DNA of 64,000 bases. Origin: an uncultured Candidatus Saccharibacteria bacterium (GTDB lineage Bacteria; Patescibacteriota; Doudnabacteria; UBA920). The position numbers were made by a program, and so were the translations under genes. Positions within the stretch are counted from its first letter, which is position 1, and each line of letters begins with the position of its first letter. Positions 49,462-57,447 of the stretch are shown here, in pieces. Location: the NCBI GenBank assembly GCA_964631145.1, contig CAZVXT010000001.1, positions 319,361 through 383,360 on the forward strand. Reading direction: 5' to 3'. The notes beneath the pieces are model-generated. The model had not been told where the DNA came from. It saw nothing but the letters and a program-made list of their open reading frames with translations, and did not search any database.

Positions 49462-50070
49462 GTGGTTATGAGCTTACAAGAATTATTAGATTTAACCAAA
49501 AAATTTGGACAAACAGTAGTGGTTTCTGAAAGCGGGGATGTTAAAGCGATTTTGTTATCCCCAGAAAAATACATAGATTTTGCTAAAGATAAAAAGGTAG
49601 AACGAGCTCCTTTAAATAATAATCAAAGTGCTAATTATGATTCCGCATTGGGACAAAAGCAAGGCATGCCTGTTCCTACAGATTTAGAACCCGAAGAGGA
49701 TGTTATTGCAGAACATGAACAACAAGATTTGCCAGTTGGTTTAGATTTTGATATTTCTGATAATGATTTTAATAAAGGTTTGTTTAAGAGTGTTGGTCTA
49801 AATAATGATGAAAATCTCGAAACTTTTAATGTTAATGATTCTAGTGAAATTGAAGAAAATATAGTAGACAGAGCCTCTTCCGCAGAACCGCCAAAACCAT
49901 TAAGTAGTTTATTAACTAAAAGAGCTGAAAGTTTATTTATGGACAAACCTTTTGGCAGGGTAAATACTCCGGAGTTTGATATGCGCAGCGAAGTAGTAGA
50001 TCCAAATTTTGGTAAGCCAGCTAATGTAGATGATGATGAAGAAATCCAAACCAGCTTTGAGAATATTTAA
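49462..50070 (+). CDS. protein with a Phd/YefM-like N-terminal domain and a long acidic disordered tail
   Basis: LQELLDLTKKFGQTVVVSESGDVKAILLSPEKY resembles the YefM antitoxin fold. It is followed by a D/E-rich tail of about 150 aa. Confidence 0.45.
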   Translation: MVMSLQELLDLTKKFGQTVVVSESGDVKAILLSPEKYIDFAKDKKVERAPLNNNQSANYDSALGQKQGMPVPTDLEPEEDVIAEHEQQDLPVGLDFDISDNDFNKGLFKSVGLNNDENLETFNVNDSSEIEENIVDRASSAEPPKPLSSLLTKRAESLFMDKPFGRVNTPEFDMRSEVVDPNFGKPANVDDDEEIQTSFENI

Positions 50071-50148
50071 TATATGATTATAAAAAGATTCTAGACATCC
50101 TAGGATCTTTTGGTTATAATGATCTATAAAATTACTTTAGGAGGTAGT

Positions 50149-50589
50149 ATGGAAAAAATCAAAGAAGTAATTAATTCTGTTTCTAATTTTTTTGAAAAAG
50201 GGGATAGTTACCCAGAAATGTTCTTGGCACTTAAAGAGTTTTTGGGTTTAGACGTTATTCATCTCAACATACTTGCAGAGACAGCTTCATATTTACTGTT
50301 GCAAGATTTTTTTGGAGAAAAATGCGTGCTGTTTACTTATAACAGGCTTTCTAATGCTCCAGAAAAATATCAAATGTTTTGTTTTGATGCTAGTGGTAGG
50401 CTACGGCAATTTTTTAGTCAAAATAATAAAAAAATTTTTAGCAAAAATGATTTTATAGGATGGCTAGGTGTTGAAATGCTTTCTGCGGCACAAGATTTTG
50501 TAAAAGGGGTTATAAAAAACTCCCAGCTACTAGACTCTAATGCAGAATTTGCTTTAGAAATTATTGATAATGTTTCTGATAGTTATTAA
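50149..50589 (+). CDS. hypothetical protein
   Basis: ATG at 50149 after AGGAGG. The track ORF begins at an upstream ATG at 50110. Confidence 0.5.
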   Translation: MEKIKEVINSVSNFFEKGDSYPEMFLALKEFLGLDVIHLNILAETASYLLLQDFFGEKCVLFTYNRLSNAPEKYQMFCFDASGRLRQFFSQNNKKIFSKNDFIGWLGVEMLSAAQDFVKGVIKNSQLLDSNAEFALEIIDNVSDSY

Positions 50590-50595
50590 ACAAAA

Positions 50596-50624
50596 AGCAC
50601 TAGAAATTTCTAGTGCTGTTTTTA
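50596..50624 (+). terminator. intrinsic terminator
   Basis: Palindrome AGCACTAGAAATTTCTAGTGCT followed by T5. Confidence 0.6.
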
Positions 50625-50641
50625 TTAAAAACTTAATTTAT

Positions 50642-51145
50642 CTAAATTGTTGCGCCCATCTTTTGGAGCTTGCTTTCTAAAACCAAAATTTCTAGTGCTG
50701 TTTTGGATGGTGTCTTATCTTTTAAATTTTCTTTGCTTCTTTTATATTTTAGCTGCTTTGTGTATTTTGCAATTACATTTATGAAATCATCTATCCATAA
50801 TTTTGAATCCACTAGGTATTTAAAATTTATATCTTCGTCTTTTATATAGAATAAGCCGTTCCAGTTTACTTCAAGAATATCGGTAAGTTTTGTATCTGAT
50901 CCTAAACGAGTTGATATGGTTAATGTGCAATTACCAAACATGCTTTGTCCTTCATCAAAATTAAAATTAAACCCGGCTATTGCAGCTTCGGTTTTTTTGT
51001 GAATATGGCACGAGTGTATTTGGTTATATGTTTGCACACCGAGCTTTTCTTTTAATAAAAAAGCAAAATTCATAATTTGCTCATTTTGCTTGGTTTGCAA
51101 TTTTAGTGTTCTTTTTAAGTTTGAAATATGGGTATTATCTTTCAT
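50642..51145 (-). CDS. hypothetical protein
   Basis: 167 aa. GGAGG lies upstream. Confidence 0.5.
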   Translation of the reverse strand: MKDNTHISNLKRTLKLQTKQNEQIMNFAFLLKEKLGVQTYNQIHSCHIHKKTEAAIAGFNFNFDEGQSMFGNCTLTISTRLGSDTKLTDILEVNWNGLFYIKDEDINFKYLVDSKLWIDDFINVIAKYTKQLKYKRSKENLKDKTPSKTALEILVLESKLQKMGATI

Positions 51146-51195
51146 AATTTACCTCCATAAAATTTTCCTTAGTATATGTTGAGGACAAGGAAAAG

Positions 51196-51495
51196 TCAAA
51201 CAAAAAAACAGTTGGCAGAAACCAACTGTTGTTTGGGAATGAATTGAATGTGTTTATTTGCTAAGTCAAAAATTTGCTGTTTTAAACTGTAGCAAAGATA
51301 GATTACTTTTGGAGTATTAATTGGCTTGTATGAATGTATATTATCTTTAAAAATTGCTGTAGCGATAACGTAATCAGTTACAAACTGCAAAGCATCGCTA
51401 TAATTTTTATGAAAGCTTAAATATTTTACTCCTTGATGATCAATCCAAGTTTGGGCATAAACTGCAACTTTGAATATATTCACATCGTTCTTCAT
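51196..51495 (-). CDS. hypothetical protein
   Basis: Start at MKNDVN (complement of 51493-51495) after AGGAGG. The track ORF extends further upstream. Confidence 0.5.
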   Translation of the reverse strand: MKNDVNIFKVAVYAQTWIDHQGVKYLSFHKNYSDALQFVTDYVIATAIFKDNIHSYKPINTPKVIYLCYSLKQQIFDLANKHIQFIPKQQLVSANCFFV

Positions 51496-51610
51496 AACAT
51501 TACCTCCTTTTTGGCAAGTTACTTCGAGTATACTCTTTTTATAAAAATTTGCAAATAAATTTGTTATAAAATAAAAGGCGGAAGATATATTCTTCCGCAT
51601 TGGTTTAACG

Positions 51611-51982
51611 TTATTTGGAAATTTTTGTGATTGTTAGGTGATCTAGAATATCGCCATCATTGCAATTTGATTGCTCTGTATAAAGCAATGTAATTTTGTC
51701 ATTAACAACCAATCCAAATGTTTCTATTTTTTTTGCATTGCATGGAGCTGGTGAAGTGATTATTGTTCTATTTCCGAAATTATCTTCGAGTATGGTTCTA
51801 ACAATCCATCCCCATTGATTAGTCTGTATATGCTTGACTGTATATACTTTTTGATCAAGTTCTAAAGCTTCTATCTTATGGTCATTATTTGAGCAATTAT
51901 AGTAGCAGGAACACATTATTCCGAAAAATATAATGCCAATAATTATTAGGCTAATTACCGTTTTTGTAATTTTTTCTTTCAT
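51611..51982 (-). CDS. hypothetical lipoprotein-like protein
   Basis: N-terminal hydrophobic segment followed by Cys residues. AGGAGG lies upstream. Confidence 0.5.
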   Translation of the reverse strand: MKEKITKTVISLIIIGIIFFGIMCSCYYNCSNNDHKIEALELDQKVYTVKHIQTNQWGWIVRTILEDNFGNRTIITSPAPCNAKKIETFGLVVNDKITLLYTEQSNCNDGDILDHLTITKISK

Positions 51983-52293
51983 ATTTCCTCCTAAATAAAA
52001 TGATTTTATATCATAAAATATTTTGGACTGGGTGTCAACTTTTCTTGACCTGGCTTTAAAAAAGCTTTAAAATAAGTTGTGATTGGCTCGAAGTTTTCGT
52101 GCCAGTTTTATAAATCATTAATTAGTGGTTGTATTTAGCAAAATTCTCCCTGGATTCCTAAAGCTTCCTATGTTTATAGAGAAGGCGTAGATAAAAAGAG
52201 AAACCCTCCCTCCTTTTCCGTATCGATAGGGAAAGAAGTGAGGGTATCTCGGGATTAGACTAATAAATACAACACCGAAAGGTATTTGCACAA

Positions 52294-53481
52294 ATGGCAG
52301 AAGCATTTGATCGCTCAAAGCCTCACCTTAACGTTGGTACGATTGGCCACGTTGACCACGGTAAGACCACTTTAACTGCGGCTATTACCAATGTACTTGC
52401 TAAGTCTGGTAAAGCAAAAGCAAGAGCTTACGACCAGATCGATAACGCTCCGGAAGAAAAAGCTCGTGGTATTACTATTAATACTTCTCACCAGGAATAC
52501 GAAAGTGACAAGCGTCACTACGCTCACGTAGACTGTCCTGGTCACGCTGACTATATCAAAAACATGATCACTGGTGCAGCTCAAATGGATGGTGCTATCT
52601 TGGTTGTATCTGCAACTGATGGTCCTATGCCACAAACTCGTGAACACATTTTGCTTTCTAAGCAAGTAGGTGTACCTTACATTGTTGTTTATATGAACAA
52701 GTGTGATATGGTACAAGATCCAGAACTTTTGGATTTAGTAGAAGAAGAAATTCGTGATCTTCTTACTAAGTACGAATTCCCTGGAAAAGACACTCCAATC
52801 ATCCGCGGTTCTGCCCTAAAAGCATTAGAAGGTGATACTTCTGAAATGGGTGAACCATCAATCTTAAAGCTTGTTGAAGCTTTGGATAACTTCATCCCAG
52901 AACCAGCTCGCGAAACTGATAAACCATTCTTAATGCCAATTGAAGATATCTTCACTATTGAAGGTCGTGGTACTGTAGTAACTGGTCGTATCGAACGCGG
53001 TGAAATCAAGATTAACGATGAAATTGAAATCGTTGGTATCAAAGCAACTACAAAAACTGTAGTAACTGGTATCGAAATGTTCAACAAACAACTTGATAAA
53101 GGTATGGCTGGTGACAACGCTGGATTATTGCTTCGTGGTGTAAAGAAAGAAGAAGTAGAACGCGGTCAAGTTTTGGCTAAACCAGGTTCTATTACTCCTC
53201 ACACCGAATTTGAAGCTGAAGTTTATATCTTAACCAAAGAAGAAGGCGGACGTCACACTCCATTCTTCAAGGGTTATAAGCCTCAATTCTACGTTCGTAC
53301 AACTGACGTAACCGGTGAAGTTATCTTGCCTGAAGGTCAAGAAATGGTTATGCCTGGTGATACTGTAACTATCAACGTTAAGTTGATTACCCCAATTGCC
53401 TTGGAAGAAAAAGGTAAATTCGCTATCCGCGAAGGTGGTCGTACAGTAGGTGCTGGTGTTGTAACAAAAATTGTTAAATAA
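52294..53481 (+). CDS. tuf: elongation factor Tu
   Basis: [23 protein letters not shown] and NKCD. Full length is 395 aa. Confidence 0.97.
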   Translation: MAEAFDRSKPHLNVGTIGHVDHGKTTLTAAITNVLAKSGKAKARAYDQIDNAPEEKARGITINTSHQEYESDKRHYAHVDCPGHADYIKNMITGAAQMDGAILVVSATDGPMPQTREHILLSKQVGVPYIVVYMNKCDMVQDPELLDLVEEEIRDLLTKYEFPGKDTPIIRGSALKALEGDTSEMGEPSILKLVEALDNFIPEPARETDKPFLMPIEDIFTIEGRGTVVTGRIERGEIKINDEIEIVGIKATTKTVVTGIEMFNKQLDKGMAGDNAGLLLRGVKKEEVERGQVLAKPGSITPHTEFEAEVYILTKEEGGRHTPFFKGYKPQFYVRTTDVTGEVILPEGQEMVMPGDTVTINVKLITPIALEEKGKFAIREGGRTVGAGVVTKIVK

Positions 53482-53514
53482 TATTTAGCACAACATTTCT
53501 TTATAGAAACATTA

Positions 53515-53545
53515 AAACTCTCCTAGCAATAGGAGAGTTTTTTTG
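53515..53545 (+). terminator. intrinsic terminator after tuf
   Basis: 10-bp stem AACTCTCCTA/TAGGAGAGTT followed by T6. Confidence 0.65.
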
Positions 53546-53574
53546 TTGACATAAATCGGTTTTTATCGTATTAT
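53546..53574 (+). promoter_or_regulatory. sigma70-like promoter (TTGACA-17-TATTAT)
   Basis: Sequence match immediately after the tuf terminator. Confidence 0.45.
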
Positions 53575-53595
53575 TGCTTGTTAAATGGAGGTTTT

Positions 53596-54114
53596 ATGAA
53601 TAAAGGTCAAAGTATTTCGTCTGAGCTACTGCGAAAATCTGCCGCAGATCAAAATTTAAATAATGAAAACACTGTAAAGTTAAAGCCGAACCCTAATGCT
53701 AATTTTATTTCAGAATTTGTTAGTTATAAGGTTGGCACCGCAGAAAGGTATCAACAAGATCAAATATTATATGATTGCAAATATGGTTCGATAAAGTATA
53801 AAAATGCGAGTTTAAAATTAGCTGCTGCACGAGAAAAATCTTTACAAGCAGAAATAAACATGCGGTTCTTAGTATCAAATCAAAAACCAGATTTGTTAAT
53901 TGATTTTTTGGACTTAATTAAAAGTCTAGAAGAGTGTATTGCTTTTAAAAATCGCGGGCTTGTAAAACTATCAAAATTTAAAGAAGGGAGTGCAAGTTGG
54001 AAGCTTCAATATAAAGAAAACGAAGAATACGACTTATTAGCAGTCAATAAAGAAGCAGAAATTATGCGGTTATTAGGGTATATTTCTAAAGATGAAGATA
54101 AAATTGATTTATAA
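53596..54114 (+). CDS. hypothetical protein
   Basis: ATG at 53596 after GGAGG. Confidence 0.5.
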   Translation: MNKGQSISSELLRKSAADQNLNNENTVKLKPNPNANFISEFVSYKVGTAERYQQDQILYDCKYGSIKYKNASLKLAAAREKSLQAEINMRFLVSNQKPDLLIDFLDLIKSLEECIAFKNRGLVKLSKFKEGSASWKLQYKENEEYDLLAVNKEAEIMRLLGYISKDEDKIDL

Positions 54115-54160
54115 TATAAAAACCTCAGATAGAATAGATCTGAGGTTTATTTATTTTTTA
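54115..54160. terminator. bidirectional terminator
   Basis: Stem AACCTCAGAT/ATCTGAGGTT with an A-run and a T-run. Confidence 0.6.
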
Positions 54161-54167
54161 TGCTTGT

Positions 54168-54617
54168 TTAATAAATTAATCGAACATTAACGTTTATGGA
54201 TAGGGAAGACTGTTTATTATTTATGGTTTTAAAATCAACAATTGATTCTTTGTATTGTTTGGATAAATTATTCTGTATAGAAAAACTAAATTTTCTACCA
54301 GAAGAATTTTTTAAGTTCATATCAAAACCGACTAATAAATTACTAGAATTATTATAGAAGTTGTTATTGAAGTAGTTTTGATTGGCGCCAAAGTTGTTCC
54401 AATAAGAGTTGCCTGTGTAAGAATTATTAGTAATACCAAAATTGCTATATATACTTGGATCATTATACATAATATTCTTCTTCTTTTGAATTGTGGCTTG
54501 GATAGTAATTTTATATTTAGATTCTGTAGATTCGTTGATATTTGAAAAACTTTCTTGCCCATAATGCGCTAAGGACAAAAAGCATAAACTAATAATATAG
54601 AAAACAATTTTATACAT
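54168..54617 (-). CDS. secreted Asn/Tyr-rich hypothetical protein
   Basis: Signal peptide. GGAGG lies upstream. Confidence 0.5.
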   Translation of the reverse strand: MYKIVFYIISLCFLSLAHYGQESFSNINESTESKYKITIQATIQKKKNIMYNDPSIYSNFGITNNSYTGNSYWNNFGANQNYFNNNFYNNSSNLLVGFDMNLKNSSGRKFSFSIQNNLSKQYKESIVDFKTINNKQSSLSINVNVRLIY

Positions 54618-54751
54618 ACTGCCTCCAAAGTGTTTTTATTTTAGTATAAATGTGTGAGGTTAAAGATATTTACAAATTTTTATCAAGTCCATTATAGATT
54701 GACTAATACTAAATTTTAAACTATTGTAAGCCTAAAAATAGGAGGCAAATT

Positions 54752-55009
54752 ATGCTGATTTTATGGTTAAAGAATAAATGGTTGCATTCTAAATTATACA
54801 TTTGGCTTTTACATGTTAAATGTATGGTGTTGCATTTTTATCTCCATGATGTAAATTATCATTACAGACCAGTTGGTAAGTATGTAATCTTGGCTCATAC
54901 TAAATATAAGATAATTTATTGTAAAAAGTGCCATCATTTTTACACAAGAGAGAGATTGGTTTATGATCACTTTGATCCAATGGATTATTATTATTATGAT
55001 AGGTTCTAA
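54752..55009 (+). CDS. hypothetical small Trp/Tyr/His-rich protein
   Basis: AGGAGG lies 7 nt upstream. 85 aa with CKKCHH and a YYYYDRF C-terminus. Confidence 0.45.
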   Translation: MLILWLKNKWLHSKLYIWLLHVKCMVLHFYLHDVNYHYRPVGKYVILAHTKYKIIYCKKCHHFYTRERLVYDHFDPMDYYYYDRF

Positions 55010-55116
55010 ATTAAATAAGTCCTGATTTATTCAGGCTTTTTATTTATCTATGCTTGGTTTGACAAAATACATAAATTTAAACATAATACTATGAAAATCT
55101 AATTTAGGAGGAAATT

Positions 55117-55845
55117 ATGATAACTGAACACTTAAAGGATTATAATAGTCAAGAAAAATTTTTACGAACTCAGATTTTTTATGCAGAAAATTTACGGGAA
55201 AAATCTCAAGATTATAGCAATGCTATCACTTCTTTAAAAGAAGTCATTGATCAATCGGTAGAATTTCCAAAAATAATGTTAGATGCTTATGCCCAATTAA
55301 TTTTGACTTGGCGACACAAGTATGAGCGTCAAGGTAAAAATATTGAGGATTTAAACAAAATGGGGTTCTGCATTGATGATGCTTTGTATTTTATAGATTT
55401 ACCTGATCAGCAAAAGCACGTGTTATTTTACCGGTTGGGAGATTGGCATTTTCTAAGAAATAACTATGAAAATTCTCTGAATAATTATCAAAAGGCATTT
55501 ACTTTTGCTATTAAAGAGCAAATGTTGTTTAGCTCTTCATCCATTGCCACTGTTGGGGAGTATGAAAAAAGCATCGCCAAAGCCCATTATATGCTTAAGC
55601 AATATCAATCAGCGTTTGAAAATATTGTAAACTCAATAGATGATATTAAAGCTGGACACTTTGAGAAATCAGAAAAATGGCGGCAAAATATCATGCTTTC
55701 ATCTAGTTATGGCGTGCTTGCAAAAATTCAATTTTTCAGATGGAGACCAAGCTGTATATACTATGCTGGTAAAGCATTTTTAATGTCTGTTTTCCTGGCA
55801 AAAAATGGTTATGGTTTGCGTCTAAAACAAGCTTTAAAAACCTAA
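55117..55845 (+). CDS. hypothetical protein, possibly a helical-repeat (TPR-like) protein
   Basis: AGGAGG lies upstream. 242 aa. Confidence 0.5.
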   Translation: MITEHLKDYNSQEKFLRTQIFYAENLREKSQDYSNAITSLKEVIDQSVEFPKIMLDAYAQLILTWRHKYERQGKNIEDLNKMGFCIDDALYFIDLPDQQKHVLFYRLGDWHFLRNNYENSLNNYQKAFTFAIKEQMLFSSSSIATVGEYEKSIAKAHYMLKQYQSAFENIVNSIDDIKAGHFEKSEKWRQNIMLSSSYGVLAKIQFFRWRPSCIYYAGKAFLMSVFLAKNGYGLRLKQALKT

Positions 55846-55864
55846 ATTTTATATGCAAAAATAT

Positions 55865-55892
55865 AACTCGGAAGTTAGTCCGAGTTTTTTAT
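55865..55892 (+). terminator. intrinsic terminator
   Basis: Stem AACTCGG/CCGAGTT followed by T6. Confidence 0.6.
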
Positions 55893-55956
55893 TTCTCAAC
55901 ATTTATATACTTTTGTCAAACATATCAAGTTTTTATAAAATATTTGCCTATTTTAT

Positions 55957-55985
55957 TTGACAAGGACAAAAATTATAGATAGAAT
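55957..55985 (+). promoter_or_regulatory. candidate S10-operon promoter (TTGACA-17-TAGAAT)
   Basis: Sequence match 95 nt upstream of rpsJ. Confidence 0.5.
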
Positions 55986-56081
55986 ATCTACAAGATTTGC
56001 TAACTTAACAGTTAGTGGTTTTATTTGGTCTTTTTTACCCTTAATTAACAGTAAAAAGACTATTAAGTTCCTTACTATTTT

Positions 56082-56405
56082 ATGGAAAAAGTCGTTAACA
56101 AGCCAAAAATCAGGATTAAAATTAGAGCTTATGATCATAAGTTAATTGATCTAAGTGCTAAACAAATCGTAGATACAGCAAAGCGCACTGGGGCAAATAT
56201 TTTAGGACCAGTACCTCTTCCAACAGAGAAGCGTAAATATACTGTACTTCGTTCGACTTTTGTACATAAAGATAGCCGTGAACAATTCGAAATGCGCACT
56301 CATAAGCGCATGATCGATATTTTGGAACCAACTCCAAAAACTATTGATTCTCTTACCAATCTCAGCTTACCTGCGGGTGTAGATATTGAGATTAAAATGA
56401 GTTAA
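56082..56405 (+). CDS. rpsJ: 30S ribosomal protein S10
   Basis: [39 protein letters not shown], the S10 signature. Confidence 0.95.
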   Translation: MEKVVNKPKIRIKIRAYDHKLIDLSAKQIVDTAKRTGANILGPVPLPTEKRKYTVLRSTFVHKDSREQFEMRTHKRMIDILEPTPKTIDSLTNLSLPAGVDIEIKMS

Positions 56406-56512
56406 TAGATTTAGTAGATATGTTCTGAGAGCTTCTAGCCTAAATAGCTACAGCATTCAGATAACTATTTACCATCATGTTTAAGCCCATCTTTTTGGTG
56501 TACTTTTATATG

Positions 56513-56540
56513 CTGGGAAATAGTCCCAGTTTTTTATTTT
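56513..56540 (+). terminator. terminator-like hairpin between rpsJ and rplC (possible attenuator)
   Basis: Stem CTGGGA-AATAG-TCCCAG followed by T6, inside a 198-nt spacer. Confidence 0.4.
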
Positions 56541-56603
56541 TATATCAGTAATTAAAGTTCTGAAGTTTGAATTTTTCCCAAACCTCTCAGTTCCAGATAA
56601 TAT

Positions 56604-57272
56604 ATGAAATTTATTGCAGGAAAAAAACTAAATATGACTCAGTTCTTTGCGGACAATGGTCAAGTTATTCCAGTAACTGTAATCAAAGCTCCTCCTGTAG
56701 TAGTTACTCAGGTAAAAACTACAGAAACTAAAGATGGTTACAATGCTGTACAAATCGGCGTTAGCAGTCAAGTTAAAGGAAGTAAAAAGTCTAACAAGTC
56801 AAAGACTGGTCATAGCAAAAACTTAGGACAATTTGGATCTTTTCAAGAATTTCGTGTAGAAAATCCTGGAGATTATCAAGTCGGTCAAAAGTTGGACGTT
56901 TCAATATTTGAAGTAGGCGACATGGTCTCTGTGGTAGGTACTATGAAAGGACGTGGTTTTGCCGGAGCGATTAAGAGACATGGTTTTGCTGGTTTTCCAG
57001 CTAGTCATGGACACGATCGTCCTCGTAGCGTTGGTTCTATTGGACAAAGATATCCTCAACACACTCGTAAAGGTTTAAGAATGTCTGGTCATATGGGAAC
57101 AAACTTAGTAACTGTAAAAAACTTACAAATTGTGGATGTGGATAGCTCTAAAGGATTAATTATGGTTAAAGGTGCTGTTCCTGGAACTAATGGCGGTATG
57201 GTAAGAATTTTATCAAACGGCGTTAACAAGCCTTTATTTGTAGAAGTTGTAGAAGCTAAGAAGAAGAAATAA
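56604..57272 (+). CDS. rplC: 50S ribosomal protein L3
   Basis: MKFIAGKKLNMTQFF aligns to the L3 N-terminus. Confidence 0.95.
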   Translation: MKFIAGKKLNMTQFFADNGQVIPVTVIKAPPVVVTQVKTTETKDGYNAVQIGVSSQVKGSKKSNKSKTGHSKNLGQFGSFQEFRVENPGDYQVGQKLDVSIFEVGDMVSVVGTMKGRGFAGAIKRHGFAGFPASHGHDRPRSVGSIGQRYPQHTRKGLRMSGHMGTNLVTVKNLQIVDVDSSKGLIMVKGAVPGTNGGMVRILSNGVNKPLFVEVVEAKKKK

Positions 57273-57282
57273 GGAGATTTAA

Positions 57283-57395
57283 TTTTTGACGAATCACTTC
57301 GTTGTTTTCTGAAAAAATTTGGAAGCGTAATAACTGTTACGTTGACAAATTTTTTCAGAAAACACCTTGTGCTTCATTCAAAAATGAAACTCCTA
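57283..57395 (+). repeat. extended-hairpin intergenic repeat, copy A (rplC-rplD spacer)
   Basis: The 17-bp outer stem TTTTCTGAAAAAATTTG/CAAATTTTTTCAGAAAA (57305-57321 and 57346-57362) encloses the inner hairpin CGTAA-TAACTG-TTACG. It shares conserved flanking tails with copies B, C and D. Confidence 0.7.
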
Positions 57396-57447
57396 GGATA
57401 AAAAACAGTTTTGATAACCTACTAAATTGAATTTATTTTTTATATAA

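Noticed and set aside
52118-52318. Minus-strand ORF overlapping the tuf start
   Set aside because: It overlaps the tuf coding start and the structured leader, and no Shine-Dalgarno is evident.
55953-56145. Two small ORFs (+ and -) in the S10 promoter and leader
   Set aside because: They overlap the predicted promoter and the true rpsJ start at 56082, and have no Shine-Dalgarno.
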